A stretch of 64,000 nucleotides of DNA from Syntrophales bacterium (GTDB lineage Bacteria > Desulfobacterota > Syntrophia > Syntrophales > UBA2210), in NCBI GenBank assembly GCA_963666365.2, contig CAXXNF010000002.1:448001-512000 (forward strand). Reading direction: 5' to 3'. Under the pieces are notes generated by a model. The model was not told the DNA's origin, did not search any database, and saw nothing but the letters and a program-made list of their open reading frames with translations. The position numbers were made by a program, and so were the translations under genes. How positions within the stretch are numbered: the first letter of the stretch is position 1; every line of letters starts with the position of its first letter. This document shows, one piece after another, positions 39,581 to 49,505 of this stretch.

Positions 39581-40873
39581 ATGGCTACTGTACCGGTGGA
39601 GCGAAAGCGATTCTACGAATGGATGACTCTCGCAGGCGTGATGCTTACCTACGCCGGCATGTGCGGAGATCTTACCTACGCCTACGGCCTGTTCCTGCCC
39701 TCCATGGCCGAGGCCTACCACTGGAGCCGTTCGGTCCTTTCCGGTCCCTATGCCGTCTTTGTTATTATCGGTGGATTGCTGGGACCCGTCGCCGGTATGA
39801 CTGTCGCCAGATTCGGCGCCCGGCGGAATATAGTCATCTGTAACATCATTGCGGCGCTCGGGTTGCTGAGCATGTCCCGTGCCGATTCTATATGGCATGT
39901 GTATTTCTTTTTCGGTATTCTGGGGGGCATCGGCATTGCCTTTGCGGAATTTATTCCCCTTACCACAATAATAAATCACTGGTTCGTCAAAAAAAGATCA
40001 CTTGCTATGGGGATGCTTTTCGCGTCCGGCGGGGTCGGCGGCCTCATCATGCCGCCGGTTATCAGCTGGTTCATACTCGAAATAGGCTGGCGCCACGCCT
40101 GGCTGTATCTTGGCGGTATCCACGTTGTGCTTGCCGTGGTGATGAGTGGTGTCCTCATCCGGAACAAACCGGAAGATCTGGGGTGGATACCGGAACAATA
40201 CGGGGTGTCAGCGGCAGGGACGAGTTCCCCGGGACTGAAACGGAGGGAGGTCTATCAGACAATCACCGACTGGACGTTGCGGGACGCGCTGCATACCCCG
40301 TCACTGTGGTACATTGTGGCCCTTTTTGCGATTGTCCTTTTTGTCCTGAACCTGCTGACGACTCATCAGGTTGCCTATCTTCAGGATCTCAATTTTTCTC
40401 CCATGGCCTCTTCGACGGCCCTTGGCATCATGCTGGGCATGAGTATAATCGGCAGAGTGCTCTGCGGCGCCCTCGGCATGCGGTACGAGGGGCGGCATCT
40501 CGCCATTTTTTTTATGGCCGCAATGGCCATGGGGGTTATGGCCCTCATGAACGCCGTCAATGTATATTTTATTTATATGTATTCGATATTGGCAGGAATC
40601 GGCTTTGGCGGCATGATCGTTCTTATTCCCAATCTTATGGGCGCCTATTTCGGTCGTCTCCATTATTCGAAGATCATTGGATGGACCGCTCCCATCATCA
40701 CACTTGTTTCCGCAGTGAGCCCCGTACTGGCAGGCTACCTTTACGACGTCACGGGCGCCTATTTCATCTCCTTCATCCTTACGGCGGCGCTGCTCTTTGG
40801 CGGCATCATCATCGCCTATCTCGCCCGCCCTCCGCGGATTGTCGAGGTACGGAAACCAAATGTTCAAGTGTGA
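39581..40873 (+). CDS. MFS transporter (MCT/OFA-like)
   Basis: About 12 TM segments, ARFGARR loop motif, HWFVKKRSLAMG. Confidence 0.9.
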   Translation: MATVPVERKRFYEWMTLAGVMLTYAGMCGDLTYAYGLFLPSMAEAYHWSRSVLSGPYAVFVIIGGLLGPVAGMTVARFGARRNIVICNIIAALGLLSMSRADSIWHVYFFFGILGGIGIAFAEFIPLTTIINHWFVKKRSLAMGMLFASGGVGGLIMPPVISWFILEIGWRHAWLYLGGIHVVLAVVMSGVLIRNKPEDLGWIPEQYGVSAAGTSSPGLKRREVYQTITDWTLRDALHTPSLWYIVALFAIVLFVLNLLTTHQVAYLQDLNFSPMASSTALGIMLGMSIIGRVLCGALGMRYEGRHLAIFFMAAMAMGVMALMNAVNVYFIYMYSILAGIGFGGMIVLIPNLMGAYFGRLHYSKIIGWTAPIITLVSAVSPVLAGYLYDVTGAYFISFILTAALLFGGIIIAYLARPPRIVEVRKPNVQV

Positions 40874-40946
40874 TTGCGCGGACGGGCTTGGCGAATGCCC
40901 GTTTAAACGACAGCGAAGTGATAAAAAAAGGAGCTTCTTGTAAAAA

Positions 40947-42059
40947 GTGCGCATTTCCGAACTCCCTCTGAAAACTGTCATCAATGAATTTAATGTCGAC
41001 GGAAGTTTCGACCATGGAGCCCCCTATGGCGCCGGTCATATCCACGATACCTATCGCGTGGTGTGCCGCGGCAATGACGGACAGTCATCGTATCTGTTGC
41101 AGAAAATCAATAACAGGGTTTTTGCTCGGATACCGGTTATGATGGACAACATCCGAAAGGTGACGAAGATTCTCCGTGAAAGGGTGTATTCATGCCATGG
41201 AGATGAACTATCGCGCCGTGTCCTTACGTTGGTGCCGACACGGTCCGGTGACTGCTTCTGGGAGGACGGAAGCGGCGGTTTCTGGCGCGTGTACCATTTT
41301 ATTGAAGATGCCTACAGTCTCGAGTACGCACGAAACTGCAACCAGATCGAAGAGGCGGCCGGGGCCTATGGCAGGTTTCTGGGGGCCTTGGCACACATGC
41401 CGGCCACTTTGCTTCGGGAAACAATCCCTCATTTTCACGACGGCGCCCGCCGTTATGCCATGCTTGTCGCCGCCACGCAGCAGGACCTGTGCGGCAGAGC
41501 GGCAGAGGCGCTGCATGAAATTGCCTTCATTGAGAACTATCGGCTCGTGCTCGATCAACCACGAATCCTTGCAGCACGGGGGAGTGTGCCCCTCCGTGTG
41601 ACCCATAACGACACCAAACTGAGCAACGTGCTCCTGGACGCCCACACCGGGGAGGGACTGTGCGTGATTGATCTGGATACGGTCATGCCGGGCCTGGCCT
41701 TGTTCGATTTTGGAGACATGGTGCGTACAATGGTAGGTGACGTCCGGGAAGATGCTCCTCATCCACGCCGGCTGCATATCGACATGCGCCGTTTTGAAGC
41801 CCTGACTCGCGGCTTTATGGCCGGGGCAGGAGATGCGCTGAACTCGGAGGAGATCGATTCACTGGTCATGGGAGCGGTGTACATGCCCCTTATCATCGGT
41901 ACCCGTTTTTTAACGGACTTTCTTACGGGTGATAAATATTTCAAGACCTCTCACCGTCGTCACAATCTGGAACGCTGCCGCGTGCAATTTGCGCTGGCAG
42001 AACAATTGTCGGCTCAAGAAGAAGATCTTCATGACTGTATAAGGAGAATGTGCCGATGA
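40947..42059 (+). CDS. APH-fold kinase, N-acetylhexosamine 1-kinase-like
   Basis: GHIHDTY, LLQKIN, ETIPHFHD, THNDTKLSNVL, IDLDTVMPG, DFGD, RFLTDFL.GDKYF. Confidence 0.82.
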   Translation: MRISELPLKTVINEFNVDGSFDHGAPYGAGHIHDTYRVVCRGNDGQSSYLLQKINNRVFARIPVMMDNIRKVTKILRERVYSCHGDELSRRVLTLVPTRSGDCFWEDGSGGFWRVYHFIEDAYSLEYARNCNQIEEAAGAYGRFLGALAHMPATLLRETIPHFHDGARRYAMLVAATQQDLCGRAAEALHEIAFIENYRLVLDQPRILAARGSVPLRVTHNDTKLSNVLLDAHTGEGLCVIDLDTVMPGLALFDFGDMVRTMVGDVREDAPHPRRLHIDMRRFEALTRGFMAGAGDALNSEEIDSLVMGAVYMPLIIGTRFLTDFLTGDKYFKTSHRRHNLERCRVQFALAEQLSAQEEDLHDCIRRMCR

Positions 42060-43879
42060 CGACAATGGCCTCTGTGGATTGGATGATTCTCATTTCATAT
42101 TTTGTGGTGTCGCTGATGGTGGGGCTGATAGTCTCGAAGAAAGCGGGGAAAAATTCCACCGAGTACTTTCTTGGAGGTCGTGCCATGCCCTGGTGGCTGT
42201 TGGGCATTTCGATGGTGGCCACGACCTTTTCCACCGACACCCCCAATCTGGTGACGGATATTGTACGAACAAGCGGCGTGGCGGGCAATTGGGCATGGTG
42301 GGCCTTTCTTCTAAGCGGAATGCTTACTGTGTTTGTCTATGCCAGGTTATGGCGCAGGTCCGGTGTCATGACGGATGTGGAATTCTATGAAATCCGTTAC
42401 AGCGGCAAACCCGCGGCCTTCCTCCGCGGCTTTCGAGCGCTTTATCTGGGCGTGTTTTTTAATATTATGATTATGGCCACGGTTTCACTGGCGGCGATAA
42501 AGATAGGCGGCATACTGCTGGGGCTGTCGCCGGTGCACACCATCCTTATTGCACTGGCAGTGACGGTGGTCTATTCAACCTTGGGGGGACTGCGAGCCGT
42601 CCTGATAACAGATTTTATTCTTTTTGCCTTTGCCATGTTCGGCGCAGTGACAGCCGCCATAGTGGCATGCAGACATCCCGATGTGGGAGGATTGAGCGGG
42701 TTGTTTCAGCATCCCAATGTAGCGGATAAGCTTTCTCTGATCCCGGCCCTGAGGGGAGAATCCTGGGAGGCCGACTTTGTCCCGTTGTTTCTGATCCCTA
42801 TTGCGGTGCAGTGGTGGAGTGTCTGGTATCCGGGTTCCGAACCGGGCGGCGGCGGCTATCAGGCCCAGCGGATGCTCAGTGCCCGAAACGAGGAACAGGC
42901 CCTCAGTGCAACCCTGTTATTCAATCTATGCCACTATGCCCTGCGTCCCTGGCCCTGGATTCTGGTAGCATTGGCATCTCTGGTGGTGTTTCCGGATCTG
43001 GCGGCAATCCAGGATCGATTCCCGGGGGTGGATCCGGGCATTATCAAGCATGACATAGCCTATCCGGCCATGCTGACCTTTCTGCCGGCCGGGCTTATGG
43101 GATTGGTGGTGGCCTCATTGCTTGCGGCCTACATGTCCACCATGAGCACTCACTTGAACTGGGGGGCATCCTATGTGGTAAACGATTTTTACAAACGATT
43201 TCTGAAACAGCAGGCGACGGAAAAAGAACTCGTGTGCACGGGGCGCATCGCTACGGTCCTGCTGATGGCAATGGCGGGAGGCGGGGCCCTGATGCTCTCC
43301 AATGCACTGCAGGCCTTTCATATTTTGCTGCAGATCGGCGCCGGCACCGGCTTGATCTTCATCCTGCGGTGGTTCTGGTGGCGTATCAATGCCTGGACTG
43401 AAATCGCAGGCATGACGATTTCATTTGTTGTGGCCCTCTATTTCGAAGTTATCCACGGATATCTGGGCCTGGAACCGTGGCCGACCCACCTGCGACTTGT
43501 GATGGGCGTTGGGATCACCACCGTCGGATGGGTGCTTGTCACTTTTCTGACCCGTCCCGTCGATATGGATACCCTGCAACGGTTTTACCGGCGTGTCATG
43601 CCGGGAGGCAGAGGGTGGAATCCTGTCCTTGAAGCGGCCCGGCACATGGGCGATCCCATCAGTGAAACCGCCCTGGCCGGGGAATTGCCGCGCGGCATTG
43701 TCTGTATGGTCATGGGTTCTTTTGCTGTCTACGGCACTATTTTTGCGGTCGGATATGTGCTCTATGGTCGCTGGATACCGTCCGTCATCGCTACTGCCTG
43801 TGCAATTGCGGGTTTTGGAATCCTTTGTGCGGTATGGCGGGGAAGAGGAAGAGGAAGAGGAAGAGGAAGAGTTCATTGA
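42056..43879 (+). CDS. Sodium:solute symporter (SSS family)
   Basis: EYFLGGR, ATTFSTDTP, AQRMLSA, AAYMST; many TM helices; ATGA overlap with the kinase stop. Confidence 0.92.
   Translation: MTTMASVDWMILISYFVVSLMVGLIVSKKAGKNSTEYFLGGRAMPWWLLGISMVATTFSTDTPNLVTDIVRTSGVAGNWAWWAFLLSGMLTVFVYARLWRRSGVMTDVEFYEIRYSGKPAAFLRGFRALYLGVFFNIMIMATVSLAAIKIGGILLGLSPVHTILIALAVTVVYSTLGGLRAVLITDFILFAFAMFGAVTAAIVACRHPDVGGLSGLFQHPNVADKLSLIPALRGESWEADFVPLFLIPIAVQWWSVWYPGSEPGGGGYQAQRMLSARNEEQALSATLLFNLCHYALRPWPWILVALASLVVFPDLAAIQDRFPGVDPGIIKHDIAYPAMLTFLPAGLMGLVVASLLAAYMSTMSTHLNWGASYVVNDFYKRFLKQQATEKELVCTGRIATVLLMAMAGGGALMLSNALQAFHILLQIGAGTGLIFILRWFWWRINAWTEIAGMTISFVVALYFEVIHGYLGLEPWPTHLRLVMGVGITTVGWVLVTFLTRPVDMDTLQRFYRRVMPGGRGWNPVLEAARHMGDPISETALAGELPRGIVCMVMGSFAVYGTIFAVGYVLYGRWIPSVIATACAIAGFGILCAVWRGRGRGRGRGRVH
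43841..43870 (+). repeat. Hexamer microsatellite (GGAAGA)5 encoding (GR)5
   Basis: Five exact copies just before the symporter stop codon. Confidence 0.9.
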
Positions 43880-44035
43880 CTCATTACAACTCCATGAAAC
43901 CTGTCATGTGGTAAAAATAATTAAAAAACCAACTGAAAGGTGATAATAAGAGGTCGTTATATATCGCCGTGACTTTATAAAAATGATGCTGCTGGATGAA
44001 CAATGCCTTTGCGCAGAAGAAAGGAAGGAAAAACC

Positions 44036-44431
44036 ATGCAGGAAACAGGTATAACATTTGACCATATACACCTTATCAGTGAGAATCCTCATGCGGCCGC
44101 ATCGTGGTACGCCGACATGCTGGGGGGGACCATTGCCGCCAGCCACGAAGTACGGGGGGCGCCGCAGTGTGTGGTCAGTTTCGGAGGCGTCACCGTTATT
44201 ATCCGCGGGAGAAGGCCCGGAGAGGAAGTGGGTGTGCGCAAGGGGCTGCAGTGGGGCACGGATCACTTTGGGTTTCATGTGACAGGCAATTTCGATGGTT
44301 TTTGCGAAAAGATCAGAAGAAAAGGGGCCGTTTTTACCGTGGGACCGACGGATTTCAATTCAACCCTTCGACTGGCCTTCATTGAAGGACCCGATCGTGT
44401 TATTATAGAGCTTCTGCAGCGAAAAGGATGA
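44036..44431 (+). CDS. VOC/glyoxalase-family protein
   Basis: FDHIHL, WY.DMLG, DHFGF, AFIEGPD.VIIELLQ. Confidence 0.88.
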   Translation: MQETGITFDHIHLISENPHAAASWYADMLGGTIAASHEVRGAPQCVVSFGGVTVIIRGRRPGEEVGVRKGLQWGTDHFGFHVTGNFDGFCEKIRRKGAVFTVGPTDFNSTLRLAFIEGPDRVIIELLQRKG

Positions 44432-44458
44432 GAAGAGATATTATTTGATGGAGGGGAC

Positions 44459-45673
44459 ATGAAGCGGTATGTATTCCTCAGTATAATTGTGACACTCCTG
44501 ATTCTTGTCGGCGGCACCGCTATGGCTGTGGCACCCCCGGCTTTCCAATCCGCCAGGCCCGTTGCCTCTTTCGAAGGGGGAAGTCTCTATTTGTCGGGCA
44601 GGGTGCCCATAGTGAATCTTCATGGCGCCTATAGAGAGATGGGACGGCAGTACGGGCATCTTGTTAAGGATCAACTCAAAGAACTCTACAGGATTGCCAT
44701 TGATGAATACTGCATCGGAGAGAAAGGGTTGTCCCTGGAGACGCTCAAAAGCACGGCCATGGGGCTTTTCGCGTATTATCCACAACGGTTCAAGGATATT
44801 GTATACGGTATGGCGGAGACCTCGGGATTGTCCGTTGAGCAGCATATCGTGCTTAACGGGATAGAGTTATACGGGTCACTTCAAGGATGTTCGGCTATCG
44901 CGGCATGGGGCGATTATGCGGAGGGAGGTACGCTCGTCTTCGGCAGAAACTATGACTGGTACAAGCGATATGAAGATTTTGCAAAATACCTTACAGTGAC
45001 AGTATTTAATGCCGAAGGCAGTATCCCAACCGCAATTGTTACCTTTGCGGGAGTGATCTATGCGACCACGGGAATGAATGCGCAGGGGCTCTTCCTTGAG
45101 CTGAATAACGGATTTCCTTCGGGGGGAGGGCTGTATCATTCAAACAGGGTGCACGCTATCGCAAACCTGCTGGCATTTTTATTCGATTGTTCTACCATGG
45201 ACCATCTGGATGCCTCCTTCAACTCGACTCGGTCGAATTTTGCCTTCATTATCAATGTTGCCGATAGCCATGGCGCCTGGTCTTACGAGTGGCCACCTTT
45301 TGACATCAGGAAAAGGACCGGCGAGGATAAAGGGTTGCTCGTATCAACAAACCATTTTGTCGATACCGCATGGGGCATAGTGCTTCAGCAGAATAGGGGG
45401 TTCAAATCCGTTCTTAGAAGGGAAAACCTTCTTTCATTAGGCAAAACATATAAGGAAAGAATAAGCTGTACTGCAATGATGGAAGTTCTGGACATTCCCA
45501 TCGATAAGGGCGGTGCGACCTGGCCTGCGGAGGATGCAATTCAGACCGTGTACCAGGTGATTGCTGTTCCGCAGGATTTAAAGCTTTGGGTAAAAGTTCC
45601 CGGGTTTCAGAACTGGACCGGCATAGATCTCTCGACCCTGTTTAAGAAAACAAAGAATGGTTTTATGAATTAA
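44459..45673 (+). CDS. Secreted peptidase C45 / Ntn-hydrolase family protein
   Basis: Signal peptide, LHG..REMGRQYG, GCS nucleophile followed by GRNYDW, GMNAQGL, TNHF. Confidence 0.82.
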   Translation: MKRYVFLSIIVTLLILVGGTAMAVAPPAFQSARPVASFEGGSLYLSGRVPIVNLHGAYREMGRQYGHLVKDQLKELYRIAIDEYCIGEKGLSLETLKSTAMGLFAYYPQRFKDIVYGMAETSGLSVEQHIVLNGIELYGSLQGCSAIAAWGDYAEGGTLVFGRNYDWYKRYEDFAKYLTVTVFNAEGSIPTAIVTFAGVIYATTGMNAQGLFLELNNGFPSGGGLYHSNRVHAIANLLAFLFDCSTMDHLDASFNSTRSNFAFIINVADSHGAWSYEWPPFDIRKRTGEDKGLLVSTNHFVDTAWGIVLQQNRGFKSVLRRENLLSLGKTYKERISCTAMMEVLDIPIDKGGATWPAEDAIQTVYQVIAVPQDLKLWVKVPGFQNWTGIDLSTLFKKTKNGFMN

Positions 45674-45800
45674 GAGAGTTGTGACGCATGTAGAGGGAAA
45701 TGTCCCTTTCTTCTCTGTGCGGTCACTACCAGATTATTCGGTATTGAAACCGCCGGCGTCAACCTGGAGAAGATTCGTTAAAAAATCGGGAAGTGTCCCC

Positions 45801-46943
45801 ATGATGAAAAATCGGTTTTGCGTTGCGCCTGTCATCGCAGCAGCAGTCATTGCCCTCGCTGCGCTGACACCGGTTTCATGCAGTGATCCTGTCGATCATG
45901 GCGGCGTGTGGAAACGCATTGAGCGCGCAGTCGAGATTACCATGGCAGAGAGCGGCATACCCGGTGCAATCGTGGGGGTATGGAGTCCCCTCCAGGGTGA
46001 TCGAATTATCATAAAAGGAAAAGCCGATATTGCAACAGGGAGGGACATGGCACAGGGTGACCGGGTGCGAATCGCCAGCATTACTAAGAGCTTCGTAGTG
46101 ACGATCATTCTGGAGCTGGCCGATGAAGGGTATCTCGATTTAGGACAGACCATCGATACATGGTTCTCTGAAACGGAAATTCCCAATGCACATGCTATTA
46201 CTGTTCGTGAACTCTGCAATATGACAAGTGGCATTTTCAACTATTCCGATGATGAGACCTTCAGAAAAATCTATACGGAAGACCCGAACAAAGTCTGGGT
46301 GCCCTGTGAACTGGTGAAACTGGCAGTCGCCCACCCCTCCTACTTCCCGCCCGGGACGGGATGGCACTATTCCAATACCAACACCATAATCATCGGCATG
46401 ATAATTGAGAAGATCACCGGCAAGACTGTAGAGGAGGAGATAAAGACGCGCGTTATCGACAGATTGAATCTTACGAACACCTATTATCCCCAGTGCACAA
46501 ATATAGAAGGGGTTCACAGCCGCGGGTATGTCGGCGGTGAGGCCGAAGGAGAGGTCATTGACGTGGCGGAAATGTTCAACCCTTCAGGCATGGGCGCTTC
46601 CGGTGCATTGATTTCAAATCTTGAGGATCTTAAAATGTGGATCATCGCCTGTGCAGAGGGCCACTTATTGAGTCCATCGATGCAGAAAGAGAGGACCTTG
46701 TATGCAGACGGGGAGTACGAGTACGCGGGCGAGAGGATACGCTACGGACTGGGGATCATGTGTGCTCAAGGATTTCTCGGTCACCCGGGAGACGGAATCG
46801 GCAACACAAATGCGGCGTTTCACTCACCTGAGAACGGAACCACTGTTGTAATTCTGTTGAACAAGGCCCCAAATCCACAGGATGTGACGGCGCTGACGCT
46901 TTTTATGGACATCGCACAGATCATGTTTCCTCTGGAAGAATGA
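45801..46943 (+). CDS. Serine hydrolase (beta-lactamase / D-Ala-D-Ala carboxypeptidase family), probable lipoprotein
   Basis: SITK (SxxK), YSN (YxN), GHPG; hydrophobic N-terminus ending PVSC. Confidence 0.87.
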   Translation: MMKNRFCVAPVIAAAVIALAALTPVSCSDPVDHGGVWKRIERAVEITMAESGIPGAIVGVWSPLQGDRIIIKGKADIATGRDMAQGDRVRIASITKSFVVTIILELADEGYLDLGQTIDTWFSETEIPNAHAITVRELCNMTSGIFNYSDDETFRKIYTEDPNKVWVPCELVKLAVAHPSYFPPGTGWHYSNTNTIIIGMIIEKITGKTVEEEIKTRVIDRLNLTNTYYPQCTNIEGVHSRGYVGGEAEGEVIDVAEMFNPSGMGASGALISNLEDLKMWIIACAEGHLLSPSMQKERTLYADGEYEYAGERIRYGLGIMCAQGFLGHPGDGIGNTNAAFHSPENGTTVVILLNKAPNPQDVTALTLFMDIAQIMFPLEE

Positions 46944-47128
46944 AAGAACTCTGCGCATTATAACGAATTTCAATTGAGCACCGTATCCTTTTAGAAGAAA
47001 ACCAAAAGGTTGACATGGGGAACTGAATTTGTAAAACTATCCGCATATAATCATATCTGATGTGAAATAGGTTCAACAATAAATATCCTGTAATGCCGAC
47101 TCGATGAACCATGAAGGGCAGGTGAAGG

Positions 47129-49447
47129 ATGAAGAAAAGAAGCATCTTTGTTTTTTTTGATGTGATGGTATGCCTAGCGTTGTGCACACTGATGATAGAC
47201 AGGTCTTCTGTATATGCGGTAAGTGCCCCGTCGGTGATCTATTGCGGCAAAGGTATCGTCGATCTCTATATTGGAGACTGCGGCGAAGGAAAGCGGTGCG
47301 AACTTTACCGCGACGGGAGCAAGATCGCGTCCCAGGAAAACCTCCTTTTGGGAGGCTTCTATTTCAGCGACAAGGTGTCTTCAAATACAAAGTATGGGTA
47401 TAAGGTAGTGCAATATACCTATAACGCGCAAACAGAAAGTTGGGATGGTCCTTTAGAGTCTTCCGAAAAGGAAGTTGATACCTTTTACGTGTCGGGCACC
47501 ATACATAACGGGCAGGAATGGCTCGCAAAACTTGATCGGCTCCCCATAATGTGGAGTTCTGCAGGAAACCCCCATTACTGCAAGGGAATTACCGTAGAAG
47601 ACGGCGACCTTTACATCGCTCCGAAAACGGAGATTGTGTTCTGTACGCGTACGAGCGGTCTCTATGATCTGAAGGGGAAACTGGATGCAGAGGAGGTGAC
47701 ATTCACAAGATGGGACGACGCAGTGTCCCCTGAAGTGATCGCAAGCGGCGGTACTCTTAAAGATTGTGTGTTTCCGGAGTATGTGAAACTGAGTATCGAA
47801 GGCGAAGGAGGACATTACGCAGGGAACGAGTTCGACAACCATCACCTCTGGATTAAAGGGCAGAATCATCTCTTCGAGAACAACAGTGCCGTGAATTATA
47901 CCTTTGTGTATCTCTCTTATGCTTCGGGCTGCACCGTAGATAAAAATGCAGTGCATCATATACAGGTTGGCGGGAGTGCAAATATAATACGGAACAATAC
48001 CTGTACTTCCGTATATGTAGATTGGGGCGATGCAAACGAAGTGAGGGGCAACAGGCTGCTTGATGGTGGAGTGCTTCTGGATGAAGATGTAACCAATACC
48101 CTGATCCAGGAGAATACAATGATATGCGAAGAAGGCATTGGCGGCCACGGAGTGAGGCTCCAGGGGAGGGGAAATACGGTCAGAGACAATGTGATTCGCG
48201 ACAGATCGGTCGGAATTTACAGCCAAGGCAGCGGCACTTACGGTAATGTCATAGAAAACAACAGGATAATGGACTGCAGCCAGTATGGCATACAGATAAA
48301 ATTCGGGCCTTACGAAAACGTTATACAGAAAAACTATATTGCCCGAAGCGGGTACTGCGGAATCTATATGCTAGGAGCATCGGCCAATCAGATAGTAAAT
48401 AATGCCTTTGACAGTAACGGAGGAAACTGCGGTGACAAGTACTGGCTTGGGAACGGAGGAATACAGCTTAGCGATTCATCCGGCAATTATCTCTATAATG
48501 ACGAAGCGGGGAGCATTCAGAATATCATAGCCTACAATTATATATGGGGAAGTATCACAGGTACGGGTATTGCCGTTCTGAATGAGTATTGCAAGGGTAC
48601 GGGCATTCATGACAATAGTATCGAAGACAACGCCCTCGGCGTCAACCTGGAAGGATCCGGCGGTAGTGTGTACAACAACATTTTCAGGAGAAACGTACAG
48701 CATGCGCGGGGGGCCGCGACTCCCGAAGGCGGAATTGACAACCGGTGGAATCACGAGAGGGTCGCAGTGAACCAGAACATTCTTGGCGGTCCCTATCTCG
48801 GGGGAAATTACTGGAGCGATTATACCGGTGCGGATGCCGACAGCGATGAGATAGGAGACACCCCCTATACTATTTATGATAAGGACGGCAATGCCGTTGC
48901 GGAGGATGACCTTCCGTTGAAACCCGGCTCGCATTATGCTGATATCGCCGTAAATCCTTCAAGCTGCCGATTCGGGGCCGTAGAGCTCGGTTACAGCTCT
49001 GATCCCACGACCGTACTCGTTTCAAACGAGGGAACCGCAGGACTGACAGTGAATCCGTCCATTACAGGCGCCAATGCCGCCGAATTTGCCATTGTCGAAG
49101 ATCCCTGTTCCGGGTCCACCTTGGCGTCTTCAGGAAGCTGTTTATTGGCTGTCGTGTTTACCCCGGTCACAGAAGGTCAAAAGGAAGCAACGTTAAGACT
49201 TTCGTCGAATGATCTCGACGAAAGTCCTTTAAACATTTTACTCTACGGCGGTGGTGTGACCCCGCAGCCGGGCGACCTGAATCTCGACTGGAAAATCGAC
49301 CTTGCCGATGCACTTATCGCTCTGCAGGTTATGGTTTCGCGACATCCCGAACTGAGCCTCAAGGGTGACGTGAGCAATGACGACAGAATAAATATGGTCG
49401 ATGTCCTTTATATCATACAGGTCCTGGCGGATCTGCGGGAAGAATGA
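47129..49447 (+). CDS. Secreted surface protein: Ig/FN3-like, right-handed beta-helix (NosD-like), Ig-like (choice-of-anchor D type), C-terminal dockerin-like module
   Basis: Signal peptide; repeated N.I.NN.I..GI beta-helix turns; GGPYLGGNYWSDY..D.D.IGDTPY; FGAV..VSNEG..L..F.I..C..C...VFTP..G.K.ATL...SND.DE; GDLNLDWKIDLADAL / GDVSNDDRINMVDVL. Confidence 0.82.
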   Translation: MKKRSIFVFFDVMVCLALCTLMIDRSSVYAVSAPSVIYCGKGIVDLYIGDCGEGKRCELYRDGSKIASQENLLLGGFYFSDKVSSNTKYGYKVVQYTYNAQTESWDGPLESSEKEVDTFYVSGTIHNGQEWLAKLDRLPIMWSSAGNPHYCKGITVEDGDLYIAPKTEIVFCTRTSGLYDLKGKLDAEEVTFTRWDDAVSPEVIASGGTLKDCVFPEYVKLSIEGEGGHYAGNEFDNHHLWIKGQNHLFENNSAVNYTFVYLSYASGCTVDKNAVHHIQVGGSANIIRNNTCTSVYVDWGDANEVRGNRLLDGGVLLDEDVTNTLIQENTMICEEGIGGHGVRLQGRGNTVRDNVIRDRSVGIYSQGSGTYGNVIENNRIMDCSQYGIQIKFGPYENVIQKNYIARSGYCGIYMLGASANQIVNNAFDSNGGNCGDKYWLGNGGIQLSDSSGNYLYNDEAGSIQNIIAYNYIWGSITGTGIAVLNEYCKGTGIHDNSIEDNALGVNLEGSGGSVYNNIFRRNVQHARGAATPEGGIDNRWNHERVAVNQNILGGPYLGGNYWSDYTGADADSDEIGDTPYTIYDKDGNAVAEDDLPLKPGSHYADIAVNPSSCRFGAVELGYSSDPTTVLVSNEGTAGLTVNPSITGANAAEFAIVEDPCSGSTLASSGSCLLAVVFTPVTEGQKEATLRLSSNDLDESPLNILLYGGGVTPQPGDLNLDWKIDLADALIALQVMVSRHPELSLKGDVSNDDRINMVDVLYIIQVLADLREE

Positions 49448-49505
49448 GCTTCGAAGAGACTATCACACTATCAGCGCATATCACCAGAAATGAGGGAGAA
49501 GACAC

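Noticed and set aside
43421..43943. ORFs with poly-Ser and poly-Glu tracts
   Set aside because: Alternative-frame translations of the (GGAAGA)5 repeat inside the symporter gene.
40947..46943. Antibiotic resistance cluster (aminoglycoside phosphotransferase, bleomycin-resistance-like VOC, beta-lactamase)
   Set aside because: Only fold-level similarity; motifs fit sugar kinase and generic serine hydrolase subfamilies, and no mobile element flanks them.
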